From Scyliorhinus canicula (lineage: Eukaryota): a stretch of DNA of 64,000 bases. Of this stretch, positions 23,241-34,910 are shown piece after piece; position 1 is the stretch's first letter, and every line of letters starts with the position of its first letter. The stretch spans positions 80,455,072 through 80,519,071 of the forward strand of contig NC_052154.1 of the NCBI RefSeq assembly GCF_902713615.1. Reading direction: 5' to 3'. Position numbers and translations under genes: made by a program. The notes under the pieces are model-generated. The model saw nothing but the letters and a program-made list of their open reading frames with translations. It searched no databases and was not told where the DNA came from.

Positions 23241-24180
23241 TGTTGCACGTTTTACTATGGGCGTAAAACGCGTTTATTGGAGTGTATTAACACGCCTCCG
23301 AGTTCGACGTGTGCTTAACACTACTAGGCTCTGTTGTATGTAATTATTTAGCTCTGGAGTCGCCAGTTGCCGTATAGACAACGTCACAAGTATTCCAAGG
23401 TCAAGTTCAAAGTAATAAAGACGATACACCGATTAGTAAAGTTCAAACGATCAATATTTATTATACAGTTATAATAAATACTCATGCACACTAAGAGACT
23501 AAGCTATAACTAAACTTAAGTGAACAGAATACTTATCTAACAGGAACAGGCAAGGTCAGAGAACGAGGCCTTCGTCCTGGTCTTGTACTGCAGCCTTCAG
23601 CAAGCGTTCTGGTACTGGGGGTCTAGTGGGCTTGGATCGCGTAGCGAGCGTTGAACTTACGGTTTCGGCGGCTGGTGCTCAACGGCTGGAGTCAGGATGC
23701 AAGATGTCAGTCAGAGCCGGAGCACGAGTTTAACAGACCGGGCTCTGTGGGGAATTTGCCTTTATACCCCTCTCTAATGTCCTTGCCCCCTTCTAGGCGG
23801 GCTCTACCTTTCGGTACCGATTGGAGCGTTTCCAAACGGATACCTTCGAAATCCTCCGATCCTTCCCTCTATGTTGGGGGTGGTTTCGATATTCGTTACT
23901 CTGGTGCCATCCTGCCTGCACAACCAATTAAGTGTTACATTGAGATGGAAATGTTGCCATTGTGTGTGCCTGGATCTGGGCTGCCTCATCAGAATGTTAA
24001 GCGCTTTGCCATTAACACCTTTGGCTTGGAGATCTTGCACCTGGCCAGAAAACTGGTTTGCTGCTTGCAAAATGCTAATTAGTTGAGAGCAGGCTGTCTG
24101 TTCTCACTAAACAGGCTTTTCCTTCTGTCTTCCATTTTAGTTTGGCTCAGTGTCCATTTTGCGTGGCCAGCATGGCTACA
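23241..24180 (-). repeat. 5' LTR (940 bp)
   Basis: Matches 13988-14933 except one substitution (aaacggCtacc vs aaacggAtacc) and one short replaced patch 6 nt shorter; minus-strand TATAAA at 23761-23766. Confidence 0.95.
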
Positions 24181-24849
24181 GTTGATAGTGATGTTTAAGG
24201 GGCATCTTAACAAATACATGAATAGGGTGGGAATAGAGGGATACGGGCCTCGGAAGCGTAGAAGATGTTAGTTTAGATGGGCAGCATGGTCGGTGCAGGC
24301 TTGGAGGGCCGAAGGGCCTGTTCCTGTGCTGTACTTTTCTTTGTTCTTTGTGTCCCCCCCATTTTTATTGCCCATCTCCAGTTTGCCTTGAGAAGCTGGT
24401 GGTGAACCTCTTCTTGAACCACTCACAGATAGTGCTGAGCCTCTGATTCAATGACAGTGAAGGAACATAATTATACTTCCAGTCAGGATGCTGTATGATT
24501 TGAAGGAGAACTTGCAGGTCATGATCTTCCCATACATCTCCTGCCCTTGTCCTTCTAGAATCTAGATAATGGAGATACTTCTCTGGAAGATACCGACTAA
24601 GGCGCTGCTGCAGTCCATCTTGTGGATGGTGCACACTTCTGCCACTATCGATGGGGGAGCAAATATGGTGCATGGAGTGCAAATCAAGTGGGCTGTTTAA
24701 AACAATAATTTGGGGATGTGAACCTGGCTGGCTAATTTATTGCCCATACCTAATTGCCCTTGAACTGAGAGGTTTGCTGAACCATTTCAGAGATTCTGTG
24801 GTCTGGAGTCACATGTAGGTCAGACCAGGCAGTAGGCCAATATCAGAAG

Positions 24850-27065
24850 GCTATTAAACATGATTATGATGCCCCCGGAAGGTAGAGAGGTGGAGGTAGA
24901 GGTCGCAATGGACGCAGAGAAGGCATTTGATCGAGTAGAATGGGAATATCTGTGGTAGGTACTGGGACGGTTCGGATTTGGGCGGGGCTTTATTGACTGG
25001 GCCAGGTTGCTGTATCAGGCTCCTGTGGCAAGTGTACGAATGAATAGGACAACATCGGACTACTTTAGGCTGCATCTGGGGACGAGGCAGGGTTGCCCCC
25101 TCTCCCCACTGTTGTTTGTGCTAGCTATAGAGCCACTGACAATTGTTCTGAGAGCTTCAAGGGGCTGGAGGGGGCTGAACCGGTGGGGGGAGGGGGGGGG
25201 GGGGTGGAGCACAGAGTTTATGCAGACAATCTGCTCCTGCTTTATGCAGATGACCTACTCCTGTATGTATCGGACCCAATAGAGGGGGTGGAAGAATTCA
25301 TGAAGATTCCAGGGGAATTTGGCCGGTGTTTGGGGTATAAGCTAAATATGGAGAAAAGTGAGATGTTTGCGGTCCAGGCAAGGGGACAGGAGAGGCGATT
25401 GGGGGAGCTGCTGTTTAGACTAATGGGGGAAGCTTTAGGTATCTAGGCATCCAAGTGGCCCGGGAGTGGGACTGGCTGCATAAATTAAATCTGGCCCGAC
25501 TAGTAGATCAAATGAAGGACGATTTTCGGAGATGTGACATGCTTCTGTTGTCACTAGGTGGGAAGGTGCAGACGGTGAAGATGACGGTCCTCCTGTGATT
25601 CCTGTTTGTATTACAGTCTCTCCCCATCTTTATCCCGAGATCCTTTTTTAAATGGGTCAACAAAGTGATCACTGGCTTTGTTTGGGCGGGAAAGACCCCG
25701 CGAGTAAGGAAGGTAATGCTTAAGCGGAGTCGGGGAGAGGGCGGGCTGCTATTGCCAAATTTTAGTAACTATTACTGGGCGGTAAATATAGCCATGATTA
25801 GGAAGTGGGTGGGTGGGGGAAGGGTTGGCATTGGAGCGTATAGAGTTGGCTTAATGCAAGGGCACCAGTTTGGGGTCATTGGTAACTGCGCCTCTGTCAT
25901 TCCCGTCGGCATGGTACTCCACCAGCCCCATGGTGGTGGCAGCCCTGAGAGTCTGGGGGCAATGGAGGAGACATGTGGGAGCAGATGGAGCATCGGTTTG
26001 GTCTCCAATCTGTAATAATCGCCAGTTTGCCCCGGGAAGGCTGGAGTGGGTTTCCAGAGATGGCGGAGAGCAGGGATTGAGAGGATGGGGGTTATGTTTA
26101 TAAAGGGGACCTTTCTGCGTTTGAGGGCATTGGAGGAGAAGTTTGGATTGGCGAGGGGAAACAAATTGAGGTACCTGCAGGTGCGGGACTTCCTACGTAG
26201 ACAGGTTTCAACCTTCCCGCTCCTACCACTAAGGGGGATTCAGGACAGGGTAGTTTCCAGAGGGTGGGTGGGAGAAGGGAGCATCTCTGACATTTACAAG
26301 GAACTTATGGAGTCAGAGGAGACGCAGAATGAGGAGCTGAAGCGCAAGTGGGAGGAGGAGCTGGGAGGAGAGATAGATGATGGTCTATGGTAGAGCCAAC
26401 GTGTCCACAACATTTGCCAGGCTCAGCCTGATACAATTCAAGGTTGTTCATCGGGCACACGTGACAGTGTCCCGGATAAGCAGATTCTTTGGGGTGGAAT
26501 ACCGGTGTGCAAAGCGTGCGGGAGGGCCAGTGAACCATATCCACATGTTCTGGGCATGTCCAAAGCTTAGGGGATTTTGGCAGGGGTTTGCAGATGTCAT
26601 GTCCACGGTGTTAAAAACAAGGGTGGCACCGAGTCTGGAGGTGGCGATTTTCGGGGTGTCGGAAGATCCGGGAATCCAGGAGGAGAAAAAGGCAGACGTT
26701 CTGGCCTTTGCTTCCCTGGTAGCCCAGTGATGGGTACTATTAGCTTGAAAGCCCCCGATGTCGGAGACCTGGCTATTGGACATGGCTAGCTTTCTCTGAC
26801 TGGAGAAAATTAAGTTCGCCCTGAGAGGGTCAATGTTAGGGTTCTCCCGGAGGTGGCAACCGTTCATCGACTTCTTTGTGGAAAATTAATCGTCAGCAGA
26901 AGTGGGGGGGGGGGGGGGGGGGGTTAGTTTAGCTTACAGTAGGGGGTTAATAAAGGTGGGACCTGTAAGGGAGGGAGACGGCTTTTGCACTATGTTTATA
27001 CATTCATGTACATTGTTTCTTTTGTTGTTGTAAAACCAAAAATACCTCAATAAAATGTTTATTAA
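24850..27065 (+). mobile_element. 5'-truncated L1-clade LINE (degenerate ORF2)
   Basis: RT motifs (HLGTRQGCPLSPLLFVLAIEPL, LYADDLLLY), C-terminal C..C.....HIHMFWACP, AATAAA and A-rich tail at about 27048-27075; many stops and frameshifts. Confidence 0.9.
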
Positions 27066-28525
27066 AAATAAAAGAAATTATCACTTTGTTTTAGATAGGT
27101 TGCCCGACAATCCTTTATTAAATAGATTCTATGATGGTACAAACAGAAATCTGAGATTCTAATAGAAAGCTGGCAGGAAGCGACAAGGGTTAGATTTTTC
27201 ACATGCTGCCCTAATGGTTCATATAACAAATTTGCAAAGTCCGTTTTCCCCCTGGGCAGCAAATTGAAAATCTATCCTCCATGATGAAGGTAATATTCTA
27301 CATCACAGATCGTAATTCAAACACAACTGGGCTTCAATTTTCTGGTATCTCCAATTGCATAATTGGAAGTTATTTTTTTTAAAAACTGGCCAACATTTGT
27401 ACACAGTAAACTGTTTTTACTGTTTTCCTATGGGGAGAAAATGAGGAAGATATTGACCTTTTACTACATTGCAACCCGGCTAACAAAGTCCCAACCTCTT
27501 ACTTTTCCTAACTGTGGAATGTAATACATTAATAATAATCTTTATTGTCACAAGTAGGCTTACATTAACGCTGCAATGAAGTAACTGTGACAAGCCCCTA
27601 GTCGCCACATTCCGGCGCTAGTTCGGGTACACAGAGGGAGAAACAAGATGGATAACACGCCGATCCACAGCACACCGGACTGACTACACTGAGGAGGGAT
27701 ATGGAGCAGACTGACAACTCACCATCATCGTTTGACAGGCTCGACGCCTTATGCTTTAAAAAAAATCAATTCAAGTACGATGGACGTTCTGTTTTCATGT
27801 TTTCATCAATAAACCTGTACTTCTGCCGCGGTTTTAATCAGAAGTTCGGCTACAGACTTCTGCACCAAGAAACGACCGTATATCGATAAATACACAATTA
27901 TAATAGTTGTGATCTAGTCAGTGGACGGTGGCATTATAACTAGTATCTCCGGCTATCTGATACTTCAGAAAATATAGGGTTTGACCTTGCCTTTGTCCGA
28001 CAGTGTAAGACGGCAGCTCATTTTATATTTCTCCTAAACTATTATTGCCATTGACTTTTCGGCCCAATCGCACTGAAATACTTGGGAGAGCTGTAAAAGG
28101 TGCTTGTATGTTCTCTGTCCCGCTATTTCACAAAGTCAAAATCTATCCGCATTGCACATCAAGGTTTGAGTTCATATCCTCTGGAAAAACCCGGTTTCAC
28201 AATTTTATGGGTGAAAGTTTTGCTCACAGTTGGTCAGGTTCTGGACAGTTGTTTCCGCGTGACCTGCTAAAGAAGCACAACATTCAATACTGGCCATGGA
28301 TTGAAGTATCGATTACTTTGATTAATTATTACAAACTTCCAAACCCCACCAATTTTACCCATCCTCTTTCAAATGCCCTGGATAAGCTTCCCTTTCATAT
28401 CCGCAATATACCTTCTGATATCTCACCCGGCTGAGCAACTTTGAAGGATACTTCTAAACGGGGAGGAGCATACATTTATCCTGGGCGACAATACAACGCT
28501 GGCGATTGGGAATTGTTTTTGAATT

Positions 28526-28749
28526 TGTAATGAACTCCAATTGGCTTAATTGGTTGGCCAATTGGAGTATGAGCTCCCTCAATGATAGCTCATTGAGGGG
28601 GCCCATATAAGCACCTGTGTAGGCTTTGTGAGTCAGTCTTAAGTTGACTGGACTGCTAGCAGCACTGTTTGTAGCTGCTCCTGTAATATCGTTATTGTAA
28701 ATAAATGTTGGTGTGGTGAGGGAACTCCTGCCTCCCCTGGATTACTACA
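28526..28749 (+). mobile_element. Solo LTR (224 bp)
   Basis: TGTAATG...TTACTACA termini, catataag TATA-like motif, AATAAA, perfect 5-bp TSD GAATT (28521-28525 and 28750-28754). Confidence 0.85.
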
Positions 28750-30154
28750 GAATTCCACCTGAATTACTTTTCCATTTGCTTTCAATGAACAATAGCAAAT
28801 CGGTAAGAGCTTAAAACGGATTCGTTTTTGGAATGAAAGCTGATACCCTACAGAACTCATTTCTATCTCTGAGTGTGAGCCGGATTTTGCTCTCAGGCGG
28901 AGGGAACATCACCACCTTACACTACCCTGAACTCCACACATTTCTGAACGAATCACTAACATCAGGAGTTTGACCAGGCTGATTTTAACCCCCCCCCCCC
29001 CCCCCCCCAAGACAAGAACAACATAATGGAATCCTGTTGCCCACGTGCAGAAAACATAGTGCCAGTATTGGAGTCGGAGATTTCCCCACTATATTATTAA
29101 CATAGTGACCCAAGTCGGGAATCGAACCTGGGATCCTGGTGCCGTGAAGCAATAGTGCTAACCACTACTACAGACCACTACTACAGACCGCCTTTGACAA
29201 CGTGGCTACTATTTTTTTTTAAAACAAGAGACAGATTGAGAAATGCCTTTGTTTCAACTTTGGAGTTTCTCAGGTTATTCACAGCCTGCAATAATAGCAG
29301 GTTGATCAGCGAACTTTACCTACAAACATCTGGGAGATTGATTATATGGACTTTTGAGGCCATTTTTAGTTACTCCGTCCTAAACGTGGAATCTGGTTCT
29401 GAAAAACGTATTGAGTTCCTCAATTTGCAGGACCCCCCCCCCCCCCCCGGAAAAACAAAACAGCAGAAGACAATAGGATACTCCGGTTCCACTCGAGTGA
29501 ATGGAAGATTTGACTGAGAGCCAAATTTTCCATCCTCGCTAGCAGTGGTAGCGATGCAGACTCGCAACCGAGAATGGCGACATTATGAGTAGGGAAGTGT
29601 TTGCTCTCACTCCAGCCAAATCCTAAACACTATTTACCAAAAAAACGCACTTACAATAATCTTAACAAGCATTAGGGTGAAAGTAATCGTTCTCCTTTCC
29701 AACAGAGTGTTAGCCCTGGCTCATTATATGGCACTCTTACCTCTGATTCAGGGGGTTGTCATAGAGTCAGAGCGGTTTACAGCATGAAAACATTCCCTTC
29801 GGCCCAACTTGTTCATATTGCCCAGTTTTAAAAACTAAGCCATTGCTAAATTGCCCGCATTTGGCCCATGCCCCTTGATATCCAGCTTTCCCCAAAAATT
29901 GTCTAAATGCTTTTCAAAAGACTAAATTTTACCCGCATCGACAACTACCTCTGGCAACCCATTCCAGACACTCACCACCCTGTGTCTGAAAAAATTGCCC
30001 CTCTGGACCCTTTTGTATCTCTCCCCATTCACCTTAAACCTATGCCTTTTAGTTCTAGACTCCCCTTGACTCCCACTCCAGGCCTTGAGCAACTTTCTCA
30101 GGTGGAAGTAAAAGAAGCCACAGCATGATTTAGAAGAGCATGAGATTAATCTCT

Positions 30155-30350
30155 GTGGTGTCCTGGCTAATATTATTATAATTATTAATATTTATCCCTC
30201 AATGCAAATCAGGGAAACACATCCTCTGGCCATTATCACCTTGCTTTTGTTGTCAATTGGCACTGGGCAAGTTGGCTGCGTGTTCCCCACATGAAAATAG
30301 CGATTAGTCTTCAAAACTACTTCATTGGTTGTAAAATGCTTTGAGATTTT
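30155..30350 (+). mobile_element. DeuSINE (SacSINE1-like) remnant
   Basis: ggtgtcctggctaatatt...atttatccctcaa...tggccattatcaccttgct...caagttggctgcgtgttccccaca...tacttcattggttgtaaaatgcttt matches the recalled Deu domain. Confidence 0.65.
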
Positions 30351-31649
30351 AGCTGGTATCTCCTTCCCGATGGAAGAAGTTGGAAGAGTGAGTAAACCAG
30401 GTGGGGGCAGTGGGAGGTGTAGATGGAGTCAATGGATGGGAGGCAGGCTCATGTGATGGACTGGGCTGTGTTCAGGGCTCTCTGATTAACGCAAAATTAA
30501 TTAGTCATAGAGTTTTTACAGCACAAAACGAGGCCCTGCAGCCCATCTTCTTTGTGTAAATATGTTTTAAAAATGATTTGAAACAAATGGCTGTTAGCAC
30601 TGCTGCCTCACAGCGCCAGGGACTCGGGTTCGATTTCCACCTTGGTTGACTGTGTGGGCTCTTGGGCCTCCGTGGCTCTTCTAGCGAAGTTCCAGGGGGT
30701 CAAGGGAAATCAGGATGTTTGGAAACGAATGAAGTCTATCAGAATATTGGAAAGTGATTATTAGTGAAATTAGTGTTAGTGGCACAGTGGTTAGCACTGC
30801 TGCTTCATAGCGCCTGGGTCCTGGGTTCGACTCCACCCTTGGGTGACTGTGGAGTTTACACTTCCTCCCCGTGTCAGCGTAGGTTTCCTCCCACAGTCCA
30901 AAGATGTGCAGGTTAGGTGGATTGGACATGCTAAATTGTCCCTTAGGGTGAGGTTACAGAGCAGGTGATAGGGCCTAAGTAGGGTAGTCTTTCAAACAGT
31001 CGGTGCAGCATCGATGGGCCAAATGGCCTCCTTCTGTACTGTGGGGATTCTATCATTCTATTAAATAATTGGCTCTCTAACCAGCGATATATTTTTGCTC
31101 CTTTAACTACTGGGATAATTTCCCTCTGTTTGTTGTGCGTGGTGAAATCATAAATGCTTTATTATAGAGCACTTAGAATAATAAAATCCCTGCTGTGCAG
31201 AAGGAGACTGTAAATTCTATGATTCTATGAGACCATTCGGTCCACAGAGTCCGCACGACGCTCGGAAAGAGTGCCCTACCCAGGCCCCCACCCCACCCTA
31301 TCGGGATCAAAAATCTGACTAACTCAGCCTTAAATATACTCAATGACCCAGCCTCTGCTTGTTTCTGGGGAAGAAATTACAAAAACGAAGGCCCCTCAGA
31401 GAGAAGAAATTCCCCCTCATAGTCATCGTGTTTTTTCAGCACAAAAAGAAGCCCTTCAGCCCATCGATTTTGTTTTGACAGTAGCCTTGTATGTTTTGAT
31501 ATTTCAAGTGGTTATCTAAATGCTTCTTAAATGTTAAGTGTTCAAGCCTCCACTACTATTTCAGGCACTGAGTTCCAGATTCTCGATTACTTACAAGTGA
31601 TTTGATTTGCAAAGTGACGATGCGCCGTGGTGATAATGGTGTGCCTCAC

Positions 31650-31757
31650 CTTTGACTGTACCTCGGTTTAAAATAATTCCCAACGATGACTGCCAGCACC
31701 ATTATTACCAACAAACTCGCTAAATGTCGAGACAGCAACAGGATACGTTAGCAGCAC
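31650..31757 (-). CDS. Transmembrane exon (frameshifted)
   Basis: Acceptor ctctgttgcag, donor gtgagg; the hydrophobic LASLLVIMVLAVIVGNYFKPRY lies one base out of the frame set by C1, which hits TAG. Confidence 0.6.
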
Positions 31758-31992
31758 CTGCAACAGAGTATCGGAGATAAAAGGTCAAAGGACGTCAATA
31801 TCAATGCCAGCAGCAAGAAGACCCAGCCACAGATGGGACCGGAAAATTGTGTAAATATATTTTTTTAATATTCAAAATAAAATGCCAACAAATGAAACAA
31901 TTCGCAATCTGAATAATGAATCCCCAATGTAATAAACGAACGGATCAAATGTTAACACGTGTCTTCGGCGTGTTAATAGTAAGCGCGCAAAC

Positions 31993-32322
31993 CATTTTGA
32001 ACGGGATGAATGAACAGGGTAACTTGAAAGTTGAAATTGACTTTGGCTGGTGTCTGGAGAGAAATATGAGACACTTGACAGCTGTAGGTAGCTCTGCTGC
32101 GGAATGGCCTCGTATCTTTCAAAGTGCTGCAAACTTCATACGTTCCCACTGCGGTTCGCTGCTTCATCGTATTTATCCCAGTTACAACTTCCGCGTCGTC
32201 CTTATACCAAGTCACGTTGAGATCTTCGGGGGAAAACTCAGCTGTTTTACGCAGCAGAGGCGGGAAAGTAGATAGACGACATTTGGATTCAACCAAGCCG
32301 ATTGTCAGAGGAGTGGGCCGAA
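31993..32322 (-). CDS. Ig C1-set domain exon
   Basis: Acceptor ttcttttcccatccaag; VRPTPLTI...LLRKTAEFSPEDLNVTWYKD...GTYEVCSTL...TYSCQVSHISL; first Cys codon appears as CGT. Confidence 0.85.
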
Positions 32323-34202
32323 CTTGGATGGGAAAAGAATCTGGTTTATTGACTGAAATGTAAATTGTTTATTGTTCTATTTGTTCAGAACACGAATTTA
32401 GGACCAGGCTGTCTATTCATTGGAACGTTTAAAAAATTTTCATGTTCAAATATTATTAAACATGTAGTTAGACATTACATGGCGCCCTTAACGGAGAAAG
32501 ATATGTAATGCATTTGGTAGAATCAGAGAGTCACGGAGGGCAGATGGAGACTATTCGGCCCACCGTGTGTATGCTGGTTCCACGAGAGAGCTGCGCAGTT
32601 AGTCCCATTCCCATTCTCCATAGCCTGACCAACATTCCATTTTAAATATGAACGCAATCTCCCGTGGGAATTTCTGTTTATTCCCATTACTTCCAGGTAG
32701 TGACTTCCGAACGACAGAACGTGTCGTGCAAGACAATTCCCCCCCCCCCCCCCCCGCCCCCCACTCTTTTGCAACTTAGCTGAAATGTGCACCCTCTGGT
32801 TCGGGACTAACGTTTGTCTGTTTATCGAGTCACACCGCTTTATCATGCTGCAGGAATCCATTTAGCTCAGTATTCTGATCTCCTCTCAGGCAGAGCAATC
32901 CACGTAGTCACATTGACATACTGAGGTAGATCCCTTTAAAACCATATAGATTCTCCACTGTTTCTGAAAATACATCCCACGTGGTAACAATTCTACGCTC
33001 CCTCCAGCCCTGTCAGATCAGTTGGAACCATAGAATTTACAATGCAGAAGGAGGCCATTCGGCCCATCGATTCTGCACCGGCCTTTGGGAAGAGCACCCG
33101 ATTTAAGCCCACATCTCCACCCCATCCCTGCAACCCAGTAACCCCACCTAATCATTTTGGCCACTGAGGGGCAATTTAGAATGGCCAATCCACCTAACCT
33201 GCGCATCTTTGGACTGGGGGAGGAAACCCGAGCACCCGGAGGAAACTCACGCAGACAAGGGGAGGACGTGCAGACTCCACACTGTAACCCGAAACCAGAA
33301 TTGAAACCGGACCCTGGAGCTGTGAGGCAGCAGTGCTAACCACTGTGCCACTAACACTAATATCACAAATTTCCCTAATAATTACTTTCCAATATTTTAA
33401 TAGATTTCATTCGTTTCCAAACATCCTGATCTCCCTTGACCTGCCGGAATTTCGTTGGAAGAGCCGCGGAGGCCCGAGAGAGACCTGAGACCCGCGAAGC
33501 CGAAGTTGCAGGAGTTGTAAGGAAGAATTCACTCGTGTAGTGTTGAGATGAACCTTAATGAAGTTCCATGTGGCCGTCCTGTGCGGTGGCATTGTAAATC
33601 TACTTAGAAATGGCCTTGTGGTTTTGAAATCCTAAAGTTGCTCCAAAAGGAGAACAAAATTTCATGCCAGTTTTAACTTCATTGGAGCCACCAACGCTTC
33701 TCCGCGGCGGAAAATGGCTACGTTTGATGTCCCATGCAAAATTGTAGGAACTTTCTAAGCAAACGTTTGAACACAAACAAACAGAGGAAACATTCCATCC
33801 AGATATCAGGCCATATCCAGCACACATGGACTTTGTGCGATAATGGAAACCAGACCAGAGCCTCTGTTACACCCCCTCTGGTATATATTGCCATTTAAGT
33901 TGGAATCAATTTCCTGTCAACTATTCTGCTCATCCTGCGCAAAGCCAGGTCACATGGGAGAATAGGCATTTCTGAGCAAAATGCGTTCGACTTCCTGGGG
34001 GGGGGGGGGGGGGGGTGATTTCCCCCCCCCTGTATTCTGCAAGATTTCACCCCTGGAGTGTCAGTGTCTTGATGCTGACACTGGATATATAAATCGAAGG
34101 CACCATTAAAGCAAACTTTCCCACCTCTTTGGTATTTTAGCAAATAACCATTGCACACCTCACGCCTGTCCCGTCAGCATCGGGGACTCGCGGACACATG
34201 GA

Positions 34203-34386
34203 AAATCAAATGAAATGAAAATCGCTTATTGTCACAAGCAGGCTTCAAATGAAGTCACTGTGAAAAGGCCCTAGTCGCCACATTCCGACGCCTCTTCGGG
34301 GAGGCTGTTATGGGAATTGAACTGTGCTGCTGGCCTGCTTGGTCTGCTTTCAAATTCAGCGATTTAGCCCTGTACTAAACAGCCCT
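34203..34386 (-). mobile_element. SINE inserted at the end of the V exon
   Basis: Head gggctgtttagtacagggctaaatcgctg with L2-like tail, closely similar to 61858-62030; short TCCA duplication (34388-34391 and 34199-34202). Confidence 0.85.
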
Positions 34387-34694
34387 CTGGAGCCCTGAGT
34401 CGGTTCCATTCCCAAACATTCTTCCCCCGCAGTACACAGAGCAATAACAGCGGCCAGAATCTTGGAGGCTTACATTCAGAAATTGGAGGACGGCTGCCCC
34501 TCTTTTCCAAAGCCTATACTGCCTCTTGTTCGCTTCTTCGTCGGCCAAGAACTCGCTGTCACCATGTCGCCACCAGTGAACCACGACCTCTGAATCCTCT
34601 GGAAAGACTGGGAATGTGCAATAGAGAGTAATGTTCGTTCCGCTGAGTGCAAACTTGAATGGAGGGATTTGGACAATGGTGGAATCCCCAAGAA
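34387..34694 (-). CDS. Ig V(J)-type domain exon
   Basis: Acceptor ttggctttctgatag; ITLYCTFP (B-strand Cys), VHWWRHG (C-strand Trp), LQDSGRCYC (F-strand Cys), MFGNGT J-like motif. Confidence 0.85.
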
Positions 34695-34870
34695 CTATCA
34701 GAAAGCCAATATAAATACAAAAATACAGATCTAATTGCTCAAGTAAATAAAGATACAAATGGGATTTTAAAATTTTATAATTTATAAGAACTGCTGATAG
34801 AAATCCACTGATCAAATAATATGACTATACAAAAATTGTTCTTATTTCTAACCAGTAAATATTAAGATAC

Positions 34871-34910
34871 CTGTGTGTGCAATCGCCAGGATCAATACAC
34901 ATGACAGCAT
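34871..34910 (-). CDS. Leader exon MLSCVLILAIAHT
   Basis: ATG at 34910, hydrophobic 13 codons plus G, donor gtatct; phase 1 joins the V exon as MLSCVLILAIAHTVLG-DSTIVQ. Confidence 0.75.

Larger units (their letters stand above)
13988..24180 (-). mobile_element. Full-length endogenous retrovirus-like LTR element (spuma/lokiretrovirus-like pol, no env)
   Basis: Two roughly 940-bp TG...CA LTRs, 4-bp TSD GTTA/GTTG (one mismatch), PBS, PPT, gag, pro-RT-tether-RNaseH-IN, and a small TM ORF in the env position. Confidence 0.95.
13745..24350 (+). mobile_element. CR1 3' end split by the LTR element (host of the insertion)
   Basis: CR1 tail reads continuously across the insertion: ...gaggaggtggtgcaagcagg[GTTA|element|GTTG]atagtgatgtttaaggggcatc...gggccgaagggcctgttcctgtgctgtac. 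CR1 parts are 13745-13987 and 24181-24350. Confidence 0.8.
31650..34910 (-). pseudogene. Ig-superfamily receptor, leader-V(J)-C1-TM (NCR3/NKp30-like or SIRP/VJC1-like), pseudogenised
   Basis: Leader 34871-34910, V exon 34694-34387 (plus stranded 34191-34198), C1 exon 31993-32322, TM exon 31650-31757. Lesions: SINE in the V 3' end giving a stop, degenerate V donor, Cys-to-Arg in the C1 B strand, TM exon out of frame. Confidence 0.8.

Noticed and set aside
34387-34410. 1-bp frameshift restoring FGNGTRLR in the V exon
   Set aside because: FGNGTDSGLQ plus the stranded VS codons after the SINE join C1 (VRPTPL) without a frameshift; the SINE alone explains the break.
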